Below, in pieces: positions 27,440-35,756 of a DNA stretch of 64,000 nucleotides; position 1 is the stretch's first letter; every line of letters starts with the position of its first letter. Source of the DNA: an uncultured Bacteroidaceae bacterium (GTDB lineage: Bacteria; Bacillota; Clostridia; Christensenellales; CAG-917); the NCBI GenBank assembly GCA_964599875.1, contig CAZRHE010000008.1:9781-73780 (forward strand), read 5' to 3'. The notes beneath the pieces were generated by a model, which made no database searches, was not told the origin of the DNA, and saw only the letters and a list, made by a program, of their open reading frames with translations. The position numbers and the translations under genes are program-made.

Positions 27440-28297
27440 TTAATCGAAAGTTTCGGGAGTGTCTATGATTTCGAATTTTTGAATCAAGGTCATATCGTTT
27501 TTCCCGTCGTTACTCTCCCCGAGCCACTCCACTTCGAGGATATGTTCGTTGGTGTACGTTTCGAAATTGCACCCGAAATCGCTGTATCTACCGTCCTCGG
27601 ACGGAGGGGTGACGGTCCACTTCAAAGTCTTATCGCCGACGGTATAATACGCCCTACCTTTCTTTGAATACACGCCCAATTTCAACGCCTCTTTCCTGCT
27701 CGTTTGACGGACTTCGAGGAGGTCGTGAGTGAGTTTTACTCTCTCGTCATGAAGGTCGTTATAAGGCCAAATTACGACGTTTTGAGAGGGATTCAAGTCG
27801 TCCACAAGGTCGTTGAGCGGGACGTGCAAAACGCCGTTTTTTGCGACGACGGTCAACGCCCAAACGAAGAATTTTTGACCATTAAAGCGACTTGAAACGT
27901 CGTTTTTGACGGATAAACCCCCGTTTTCGTCCATTTTGACGGTTAATGCATACGAGAATTTTTTAGACGCCTCTGAGTGGAAAATTCCGCCGAATCCGTC
28001 CTCGTCTATCTCGTGCGGGACGGGATAGTTGTCGGGAGTATAAGTCGCCATATCTTCGGGAGATTTCCAAACGCGGTGTCCACCGTAGAGATACCATTTT
28101 TCACCCGGCTTATATTCCTCGTCGAAGAACGCACCGCCCTTGTTTACGTTGCGGTCGAGGTCCTCGTTCATAAAGTTGAAATCGGGTGTTCCGTAATAGA
28201 TGATGCGCGGGCCTATATCCACCGTCACGAGAGCGATAAGCCCTCCTCTTTCGAACTTCGCGCATTTGCCGTAATTTTTGTAATCTACGTATTGCAT
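27440..28297 (-). CDS. Hypothetical protein, possibly mutarotase-like (DUF4380-like)
   Basis: 285-aa ORF. The motifs GPRIIYYG and GGHRVWKSPED recall aldose-epimerase-like/DUF4380 proteins. It sits next to a GH20 gene. The family assignment is tentative. Confidence 0.45.
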   Translation of the reverse strand: MQYVDYKNYGKCAKFERGGLIALVTVDIGPRIIYYGTPDFNFMNEDLDRNVNKGGAFFDEEYKPGEKWYLYGGHRVWKSPEDMATYTPDNYPVPHEIDEDGFGGIFHSEASKKFSYALTVKMDENGGLSVKNDVSSRFNGQKFFVWALTVVAKNGVLHVPLNDLVDDLNPSQNVVIWPYNDLHDERVKLTHDLLEVRQTSRKEALKLGVYSKKGRAYYTVGDKTLKWTVTPPSEDGRYSDFGCNFETYTNEHILEVEWLGESNDGKNDMTLIQKFEIIDTPETFD

Positions 28298-28391
28298 AAT
28301 ACCACCTTTCGTCGCGGATGCGACGCGTAAAATTCTTGATTATCAAACCGAAAAAGGCGCACCCTTGCGGTAGCAATTTAACTTTTTCGAC

Positions 28392-29924
28392 CTAATTGAG
28401 TTTTCTGCCCTTCTGTGCTTTCTTTGCGTTTATCGCGGAACTTATCGCGACGACGTCGAGAGCGTTAAGTCCGAACTTTATCGTACCTATCGCGCCCTTG
28501 AAAAGGTTAGGATTGCTCTCTTTGAGTTCCGCAAAACTCTTATCGTCCGCCTGCATGATTCCGAGGACGTTAAGCAGTCTTTCTTCGAAGTCCGCGTAGT
28601 CTTTTTCACCGTCGTACCAACCGCTTTCCGCAACCGCTATCACGCGGGGAAACGCCTGAAAATACAACTTCTCTTTCGTAGGCACGTATTCAGTCCAAAG
28701 AGGACATTCGACGCCCACTATATTTCGTTTGGATTCGTCGTCGAAAAGTTCGGCGGGGTTATACTTGTAAGTGTCCTTGACCGAGGTCATGCCGTAGGGA
28801 TAATCGAGATAATACGGCAGGCATTTACTGACTATGACTTTGCGTCCGCCTCTTGCCGCTTTGACCACTCTCTCCGCCCTCTTTCCGTCCGACCAATATT
28901 GGCACGTCGCGGCGTCGTCGAGAGTGCCGGAATAGATTGCCTCGTTCCACACAATCGGGGTTTTACCGTGCGATTTTAGTATGTTAATCACGCGATTTGT
29001 GAAATATCCTTGCAGTTCCTCAAAATTTTTCAAACATTCGGATTTCAGTTTTTCTTTGCATTTTTCGCAGTTTTCCCAGTGCGTTTTCGGCACCTCGTCG
29101 CCACCCAAATGGAAGTATTTCGACGGGAATAATTCAACGACTTCGGACAGTAATTTTTCAAGAAATTCATAGTTTTCTTCTCTGCCCGCGCACATAATTC
29201 TGTCGTCTATTCCGAAGCGTTCGGCGACCTCGTACTGTTCCCCCGTACAGCCGAGTTCGGGCATTGCGGACAGGAGTGCGAGAGTATGCCCCGGGAGGTC
29301 GATTTCGGGTATGATTTCGATATATCTTTCGGCGGCGTATCGCACGATTTCTTTCACGTCGTCCTGCGAGAAATATCCGCCTACGGGGACGCCGTCCCCT
29401 CTCGTGCTTTTGCGCATATTTCCCTTTTCGTTAAGGACGGGAAACGCCTTGCTTTCAAGCCTATATCCCTGATTGTCGCTGAGGTGCAAATGGAACTTAT
29501 TTATTTTGATAAGCGCCAAAGAATCTATAAGTCCCAAAATCACGTCTTTCGGGAAGAAATGGCGGACGACGTCGAGCATAAATCCTCTATACTCGAATCT
29601 CGGCTTATCCTTAATCGCACAATTGTCGATATAGGACTTGCCGTCTTTGTAGCCGTCGAAAATAAGTTGTTTCAAGGTCATCGCGCCGTGGAACAATCCC
29701 TCCTCTGTCGACGAAATAACTTTGACGTTGCCGTCCGCTACGAGTTCGTAATCGTATTCCGTGTCGGCGATTTCAAACGCGACGAAGTTTTCCTCTCCGT
29801 TTTCGAAATCGAGGAACGCGAGTTCTTTTTTGATAAGGTCGCTACTCTCGATTTTAGTGGAAGCGGAAATAACCGTCCGTCCCGCAGATTTCAAAATCGA
29901 ATATGGTTTAGGTACAATTTTCAT
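28392..29924 (-). CDS. Beta-N-acetylhexosaminidase (GH20)
   Basis: 510 aa with RGFMLDVVRHFF, FHLHLSDNQGYR, EIDLPGH and HLGGDEV (catalytic D-E pair context), all typical of GH20. Confidence 0.85.
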   Translation of the reverse strand: MKIVPKPYSILKSAGRTVISASTKIESSDLIKKELAFLDFENGEENFVAFEIADTEYDYELVADGNVKVISSTEEGLFHGAMTLKQLIFDGYKDGKSYIDNCAIKDKPRFEYRGFMLDVVRHFFPKDVILGLIDSLALIKINKFHLHLSDNQGYRLESKAFPVLNEKGNMRKSTRGDGVPVGGYFSQDDVKEIVRYAAERYIEIIPEIDLPGHTLALLSAMPELGCTGEQYEVAERFGIDDRIMCAGREENYEFLEKLLSEVVELFPSKYFHLGGDEVPKTHWENCEKCKEKLKSECLKNFEELQGYFTNRVINILKSHGKTPIVWNEAIYSGTLDDAATCQYWSDGKRAERVVKAARGGRKVIVSKCLPYYLDYPYGMTSVKDTYKYNPAELFDDESKRNIVGVECPLWTEYVPTKEKLYFQAFPRVIAVAESGWYDGEKDYADFEERLLNVLGIMQADDKSFAELKESNPNLFKGAIGTIKFGLNALDVVAISSAINAKKAQKGRKLN

Positions 29925-30007
29925 AATCTTTCTCCTGTTTAGATTTTATCAAAAACGCGGATATAAGTCAATATGCGCCTTTTAACTTTTGCACGCGCGT
30001 GCGAAAA

Positions 30008-30036
30008 TTGACAAGGGCTCCGTTTCGTGTTATTCT
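30008..30036 (+). promoter_or_regulatory. Sigma70-type promoter abutting the 30043 start codon
   Basis: TTGACA (30008-30013), a 17-nt spacer, then TATTCT (30031-30036). The ATG lies only 6 nt after the -10 box. Confidence 0.45.
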
Positions 30037-30042
30037 TTAGGA

Positions 30043-30543
30043 ATGAAAGCGAGCGGATTTCTTCTCGGCAGCACCGCAACAGCCGTCCTCGGGGCGGTCT
30101 GGAAAGGCATCAAATTTCTCGCAGAGCAAGCGGGAAAGGCGATTTACTATTTCGGTTTATACTATCCGCTCCTATACGTAATCTACGGCGTCGTACTCTA
30201 TCTCGTCTTCGGGCTCAACCCCTTCGACCTCACGACGGACGGAAGACTGTATATTTTCGGATTCGCGCTGTCCGCTATCGCGTGCGTGATACAGGCGGTG
30301 AAGAATCTGATAGTGAAACCCTATCGCAAATATTTCAAGAAGACGGATATCGTCGAATACGGCAAGGACGGCAAGTTGTCAAAGCACGCGCCCGAAGCGC
30401 CTAAAATTTACAAGAGCAAAGTCTATCCCGACTTAATCGTGTACGAATACGAAAACCGCTACGACCTGTATGAAGAAACAGAGGACGGCGTGAGATATTC
30501 GTCTACCGAATACAAACCGGGAGTGAAGAGGAAAAGATGGTGA
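30043..30543 (+). CDS. Small membrane protein, unknown function
   Basis: I place the start at ATG 30043 (MKASGFLLGSTATAVLGAVW...). The track's upstream start is a TTG at 29989 with no SD. It has 3 hydrophobic segments and a basic, Tyr-rich tail. Its stop overlaps the next gene's start (ATGGTGA). Confidence 0.55.
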   Translation: MKASGFLLGSTATAVLGAVWKGIKFLAEQAGKAIYYFGLYYPLLYVIYGVVLYLVFGLNPFDLTTDGRLYIFGFALSAIACVIQAVKNLIVKPYRKYFKKTDIVEYGKDGKLSKHAPEAPKIYKSKVYPDLIVYEYENRYDLYEETEDGVRYSSTEYKPGVKRKRW

Positions 30544-31550
30544 CGAAAACCGAAAAAGAAAATATCCTCTCGGAAGAAATCGAAAACGCTCCCGCGACTG
30601 AAACGGAGGACGATAATATCCCAACCGTCGAATCCGAAACGGACGTCGTTCTCACGGAAGAAATCGAAACGGAAGGGATTTTAGCCTATCTCAAAACTCC
30701 CAAAACGAAAAAACGCATTTGGGAAATCGATTTCTTGCGCGGTTTTTGCATATTCCTCATGCTTTTCGACCACGCCGCGCTGATGTTAAGCAGTTATTTC
30801 GGTCCGTCTTGGTACGGCGGATATGCGGCGATGCGCTCCTCTTCCCTTTTCGGCGCGAAACTCTGCACCCTTTGCGAACAATATTACTTTTATAGCGACC
30901 TACGCGCGATAGGACACCCGATAGTGCTGTTCATATTTTTCTCGATTTCGGGAATATCCTGCGCATTCTCTCGTTCGAACTTAAAACGCGGAATACAACT
31001 TGCAATCGTATCCGCCCTGTACACTCTCGTGACGTATATTTTGGACGAAACCATGTCGCTTGGTTGCTATACGACTTTCGGCGTGTTGCACTTCTATGCG
31101 TTTTGCATAATCTTTTGGGCGGTCGTATCCAAACTCTGCAACGACAACGTCATCGCAAAAACCATGATAAGCGGATTTATGGTCATACTTGTCGCAGTGC
31201 TATATTATTGTTACAAAGCGCCCGCGGATACACCCGAATGGTTATTCTTCGTGTTCAGTCCAAAAAACGCGGACGGCACCCCCTCGTTCTATTCTCAAAG
31301 CGCGGTTTCCCCGGGAGATTTATTTCCCCTTATTCCGTGGTCGGCGTTCTTCTTTGCGGGCACGTTTTTGCAACCCTTCCTGTACTCGAAAAAGCGCAGT
31401 CTTCTCCCCGTCCTCGACGGCAAATGGAACAAGCCTATGTGTTTCATCGGAAGACACGCTTTGCTGTTTTATATTTTGCACGTCGTCGTAATCGCTGTCG
31501 TGCTTATGCTTGTCAGTCAAATTTTCTTCGGCACTTGGGGACTTATATAA
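30537..31550 (+). CDS. DUF1624 / heparan-alpha-glucosaminide N-acetyltransferase-like membrane acyltransferase
   Basis: 337 aa. An acidic N-terminal tail precedes RIWEIDFLRGFCIFLMLFDH (the R..D..RG...M..H signature) and multiple TM helices. RBS GAGGAAAAG is present, and the start overlaps the upstream stop. Confidence 0.65.
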   Translation: MVTKTEKENILSEEIENAPATETEDDNIPTVESETDVVLTEEIETEGILAYLKTPKTKKRIWEIDFLRGFCIFLMLFDHAALMLSSYFGPSWYGGYAAMRSSSLFGAKLCTLCEQYYFYSDLRAIGHPIVLFIFFSISGISCAFSRSNLKRGIQLAIVSALYTLVTYILDETMSLGCYTTFGVLHFYAFCIIFWAVVSKLCNDNVIAKTMISGFMVILVAVLYYCYKAPADTPEWLFFVFSPKNADGTPSFYSQSAVSPGDLFPLIPWSAFFFAGTFLQPFLYSKKRSLLPVLDGKWNKPMCFIGRHALLFYILHVVVIAVVLMLVSQIFFGTWGLI

Positions 31551-31582
31551 AAGGACTTCCCCCATGCTAAAACGAGATAAAT

Positions 31583-31610
31583 TCGGCGTGTATTTCGCCG
31601 ATTTTATTTT
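31583..31610 (+). terminator. Intrinsic terminator after the DUF1624 gene
   Basis: Stem tcggcg / cgccga followed by TTTTATTTT. Confidence 0.5.
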
Positions 31611-31634
31611 CGCTAAAATCACTTCAAAATAACA

Positions 31635-31660
31635 AAAACGCCGTTTTATGCGGCGTTTTT
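31635..31660. terminator. Bidirectional hairpin terminator between convergent genes
   Basis: aaaacgccg / ttttatg / cggcgtttt forms a 9-bp stem flanked by an A-run and a T-run. Confidence 0.6.
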
Positions 31661-31698
31661 GATTTGTTTAACTTTTGTTTTTGCGATTTTCTCGGCTT

Positions 31699-32283
31699 TT
31701 AGATTTGCGGACTGCGGTGCTTTCTTCCGCCCGCGGGAGCCAGTTGAATCATAAAGTTTTTTGCGGCGTCAGACTCTCTTCTTGCGACCTGACGAGTGAG
31801 GCATTGAACGAATCTGTTAGGTTGCGTTATGCCCTTTATGACGATAGGATCGGATGCGTCCGTGTAAATTATTACGGTGCCGTATCTGAAAATTCTTTCT
31901 ACGAATTTTTGGGTGTATTTCACGGTTTTGATTTGTTCGAGAGGCATCTGCGCTTCGAACACTCCGAAACGTTTATTAAGCATCCTCACCGCAAATTTTT
32001 TATCCGTAACGATTGCCTCTTTTTCATATCTGAAAACAGCCTCGAAACAGAATATAACAAACACCAACGCCCCCGCGCCTATCATAGCGAATTTGAGGAC
32101 GGCTTCAGTGAAAATCGTCGAGCCCAAAAAGCCGTTTATTTCGTCCGAGAAAATCCAAAGCACGGCGATTATCCCGCCGAGAATCGCGGCAATCAAAATT
32201 TCGCGCCAGAAAATCCAGCAACTGAATTTTGCCTTTGCTACTATGCGTTCTGCTTTGGAATAAGTTCTTTCTAACGTTCTCAT
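31699..32283 (-). CDS. Bacterial PH-domain (bPH_2 / YdbS-YdbT-like) membrane protein
   Basis: 194 aa with two TM helices followed by IVTDKKFAVRMLNKRFGVFEAQMPLEQIKTVKYTQKFVERIFRYGTVIIYT, typical of DUF304/bPH_2. Confidence 0.6.
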   Translation of the reverse strand: MRTLERTYSKAERIVAKAKFSCWIFWREILIAAILGGIIAVLWIFSDEINGFLGSTIFTEAVLKFAMIGAGALVFVIFCFEAVFRYEKEAIVTDKKFAVRMLNKRFGVFEAQMPLEQIKTVKYTQKFVERIFRYGTVIIYTDASDPIVIKGITQPNRFVQCLTRQVARRESDAAKNFMIQLAPAGGRKHRSPQI

Positions 32284-32314
32284 ACTTTTATTCTAAATCT
32301 TAACTTTTGGATTG

Positions 32315-34258
32315 TCAACCTTTGTAGCAAGGCGGGAAGTGGCACATTCTTATATTCGTGCACCCGAAAGGCACGAAAGTGCGCTCTATGCTCTCTTCCG
32401 AGAAAGAGGGCTTATGCGGTATTCCGCAATTTCCCGACACGTCGAAATCCCAATTCACGACGTTTTTGCATCTCACCTTGATTTCAAACGGCGGATTGTC
32501 GTGGTCGTAAGGTATCCCTCTTATTTCGTTGACAAAGGTCTGCTCGTCGTCGTAAAGGCGTCTGACGCCGTTTGTCGAGCGCTTTGCCACGACGGGAGCG
32601 TAATTCCACCTCTTTGCGAAATTCAAGCGATATACGTGTCTGTCCGTGCTTACTCTTGCCTCGCTTGCGATTTTGGATGCAAGCAGGACGTTGCCCTTAT
32701 ACATGGAAAGAGTGCCGTCCCTGTTTTCGAGTACGGAAAGCGGAATGTCGAGTTTGAGCATAAACGTACTTCCGGTTTTGAGCACGCACTTAACGGAAAT
32801 GACGTCGTCACCGCTTGCGACGACCTGTCCGCCGGATATCAGTTGCATTGTCGTATGGCTGGGCACTCTGAAATTAATTTTGATTTCGGGGTCGCCGTCC
32901 GCCTGCTCCACCTTGAATACTATCGCGTTACGGAAAGGATAAGACGTTTCTTCTTTTATGCGGATTTTGTTGCCCGCGACGACGGTATCTATCGTGCAAG
33001 GCGCATACGTGAGGAAATCGAGTTCTTTTTCCCTCGTCATGCACACGGATTTTATGAAAAGCGGATATGCGGATATGAACGCTATCGCACCTCTCGACAG
33101 CAATCCGCCGAAATAAGCGTTGCCGTATTCACATTCTTTGAGGCTTTCTTTCATCTCGACGGACGCCTCGAGTTGATTGGGCACCGCTATATCCTGCACC
33201 GCTCTCACGTCGTCGAATGCGGCGGAAGGAATGAGGTTGAAAGTTATTTTTTCAATCAAATCAGCAACCGCGAAATCTCCCGTTTCGGACAGGACTTCAA
33301 CGAGTGATTCTATGGTTTCCACAGCGGACTCGACGTCTATTCCGCGCGTTGGCGACGTGCCTGCAAGGCGGAAATCCGAAGAAAACGCTCCAGTTGCGTT
33401 GCCGTGATACTTTTCAAGCGCGGAAATCATTTTGAGAGAGAGGTTTTTGAGTTCGGAGTCCCCTATAAATCTTCCGTAAGTGCAGGGGTATTTTATTGCT
33501 TTCGCCACGCTGACGCCGCTCGTTTCGACCGCCGTCCTATGCGCGCGCTTTTTCCACTCCGAATTAGCCTTATCCACGGTCAAAGGTTTCGAGGCGTCGA
33601 GGTTTTCGTACTCCTCGATTTTTTTGCGGAGTTTTTTGAGGTGCAAAGTGTTGAGATATCTGCCCGACGGGTGCTTATATTTAAAATTCGTCGCAAGTTT
33701 GAACCAATCGTTGCTTGCGTCGCGAAGTTTTTCGCCAAGGTCGTGCAGCCATTCGCTGTCCGTTTCCTTGAAAACCGCCTCTATCGCGGGGATTTCCTCA
33801 AGGAGTCTTGCCCTCGACTGGAACCAACAAGGCGTAACCGAAAAGGTGTTGAATTGGCTCTTGAAAAATTTCCGTAGGAAATTGAACGCGCCCTCGTCCC
33901 CCGTGAGTTCGTAATATGAGAGCACTGCTTTGACCGCCTCGATTTTCGGGGATATGAATTTGCCTTCGGGGCCGAAGTTTCCACCCTCCGTCGCGCTTGC
34001 AAATATCGGAGAAAGATAACTCTCCGCCTTTTCGAGCAATGCTTTATCCCCCGTCACGCCCGCGAGCAAAATAAGCCCTCTGACGTAACGCGGAAAGGCT
34101 TCGCCCGTCTTCCAAGCGCCGTCGGTGAGCAATCCGTCCGTGCCGCCGAGGCGTTTTTGCAAGTCGTTTGCAAGGCGCAGTTGACTGTATAGCCAACCGT
34201 CGGGCCTTATCGCCCCTATGGGAAGGATATTCATTTTTTTTACGTCGTTTTTCGCCAA
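32315..34258 (-). CDS. Putative glycoside hydrolase, GH127/DUF1680-like (beta-L-arabinofuranosidase-like)
   Basis: 647 aa with no signal peptide. The N-terminus PIGAIRPDGWLYSQLRLANDLQKRLGG and overall size recall DUF1680-type six-hairpin glycosidases. The family call is tentative. Confidence 0.45.
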   Translation of the reverse strand: MAKNDVKKMNILPIGAIRPDGWLYSQLRLANDLQKRLGGTDGLLTDGAWKTGEAFPRYVRGLILLAGVTGDKALLEKAESYLSPIFASATEGGNFGPEGKFISPKIEAVKAVLSYYELTGDEGAFNFLRKFFKSQFNTFSVTPCWFQSRARLLEEIPAIEAVFKETDSEWLHDLGEKLRDASNDWFKLATNFKYKHPSGRYLNTLHLKKLRKKIEEYENLDASKPLTVDKANSEWKKRAHRTAVETSGVSVAKAIKYPCTYGRFIGDSELKNLSLKMISALEKYHGNATGAFSSDFRLAGTSPTRGIDVESAVETIESLVEVLSETGDFAVADLIEKITFNLIPSAAFDDVRAVQDIAVPNQLEASVEMKESLKECEYGNAYFGGLLSRGAIAFISAYPLFIKSVCMTREKELDFLTYAPCTIDTVVAGNKIRIKEETSYPFRNAIVFKVEQADGDPEIKINFRVPSHTTMQLISGGQVVASGDDVISVKCVLKTGSTFMLKLDIPLSVLENRDGTLSMYKGNVLLASKIASEARVSTDRHVYRLNFAKRWNYAPVVAKRSTNGVRRLYDDEQTFVNEIRGIPYDHDNPPFEIKVRCKNVVNWDFDVSGNCGIPHKPSFSEESIERTFVPFGCTNIRMCHFPPCYKG

Positions 34259-34375
34259 TTTTTAACCTCGCGCGGCGGTACGCGTATCCGCGCCCGTAGT
34301 ATAATAAATCTATCACATAAAATTGACAAATGCAAGAGTATGACTTAAACTTTACACTAACTAACGGAGGTAAGT

Positions 34376-35593
34376 ATGAAATACGTACTGATACTGGGCG
34401 ACGGAATGGCGGATTATCCCATAGACGCCCTCGGCGGAAAAACCCCTATGGCGGTCGCGAATAAGCCTTATATGAACGCGCTGGCAAAACTCGGCAAAGT
34501 CGGCATGGTCAAGACCGTCCCCGACGGAATGAAACCGGGGAGCGACGTTGCAAACCTCGGCGCGCTCGGATACGACGCAAGAAAATGCTATACGGGAAGA
34601 AGTCCCCTCGAGGCGTTGTCCATGAGAATAGACCTATCGGAAGACGACGTTGCCGTCCGCACCAATCTCGTCACCCTCTCGGACGACGAACCGTTTGAGA
34701 ACAAAATTATGCTCGACTATTCGGCAGGAGAAATCTCCACCGAAGAAAGCACCGAACTCATAAATTATATCGAGCAAGAACTCGGTTCCGACACCTTCAA
34801 ATTCTATGCGGGAGTGAGTTATCGTCACTGCCTTATTTTGTCGGGCACGGACCCCGCAAAATCAAACGAAACTATCTTCACACCTCCCCACGACATAAGC
34901 GGGAAACGGATAGGAGAATATCTGCCGAAAGGATATATGAGCGCGGAATTTTTGGTGCTGATGAAGATATCCAACGAACTGCTCAAAAAACATCCAATCA
35001 ACCAAAAACGGGTTTTATCCGGTAAAAAACCAGCAAACAACCTCTGGTTTTGGGGACAAGGCACAAAACCCGCCCTTGACAATTTCAAAGAAAAATACGG
35101 TCTTGACGGTGGTATGATTTCAGCAGTTGACCTGCTCAAAGGCATAGCAATTGGAGCGGGCATGACGAGCGTCGACGTCGAAGATGCGACCGGCACTCTG
35201 AACTCGAATTTCGACGGCAAAGCGGCAAGCGCAATATCCCTTTTGAACAGCGGAAAGGACTTTGTTTTCATCCACCTCGAAGCCCCCGACGAATGCGGTC
35301 ATCAAGGAGATATAGAGGGCAAGATCAAGGCAATCGAAATCATCGACGAAAAGATTTTGAAGCCCGTCTACGAGCATTTGAAATCGAGCGGCGAGGACTT
35401 CGCAATCCTCGTAATGCCCGACCACCGCACGCCGATTGCGCTCAAAACACACTCCTCCGAGCCCGTCCCCTATCTCCTCTATTCCTCGAAAACATCCCTC
35501 GACGGCGCCGACGGCTTCGACGAATTCACCGCCGAAAACGGCGACTACTATCCCTCCCCCGACCTCCTCGTCCGCGACTTCTTCTCGCTGTAA
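34376..35593 (+). CDS. apgM: Cofactor-independent phosphoglycerate mutase, archaeal-type (ApgM family)
   Basis: 405 aa. MKYVLILGDGMADYPIDALGGKTP...NKPYMNALA...KPGSDVANLGALGYD and HLEAPDECGHQGD are hallmark ApgM/metalloenzyme motifs. RBS GGAGG is present. Confidence 0.85.
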   Translation: MKYVLILGDGMADYPIDALGGKTPMAVANKPYMNALAKLGKVGMVKTVPDGMKPGSDVANLGALGYDARKCYTGRSPLEALSMRIDLSEDDVAVRTNLVTLSDDEPFENKIMLDYSAGEISTEESTELINYIEQELGSDTFKFYAGVSYRHCLILSGTDPAKSNETIFTPPHDISGKRIGEYLPKGYMSAEFLVLMKISNELLKKHPINQKRVLSGKKPANNLWFWGQGTKPALDNFKEKYGLDGGMISAVDLLKGIAIGAGMTSVDVEDATGTLNSNFDGKAASAISLLNSGKDFVFIHLEAPDECGHQGDIEGKIKAIEIIDEKILKPVYEHLKSSGEDFAILVMPDHRTPIALKTHSSEPVPYLLYSSKTSLDGADGFDEFTAENGDYYPSPDLLVRDFFSL

Positions 35594-35684
35594 ATAGCAC
35601 ACTGCGAATAGAACGTATATCGCACGCTCGCTTGTCATTCAGAGGAGCATCGCGACGAAGAATCTCACGAAAGCGCACCTTATA

Positions 35685-35718
35685 ATATAGCCCGACAGGT
35701 CATCCCGTCGGGCTATAT
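35685..35718. terminator. 12-bp hairpin between convergent apgM and the LRR gene
   Basis: atatagcccgac / 10-nt loop / gtcgggctatat. The flanks are A/T-rich but lack a clean U-tract. Confidence 0.5.
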
Positions 35719-35756
35719 TCATTCATCTTTATTTCAACTCATACGATTATTAAGTT

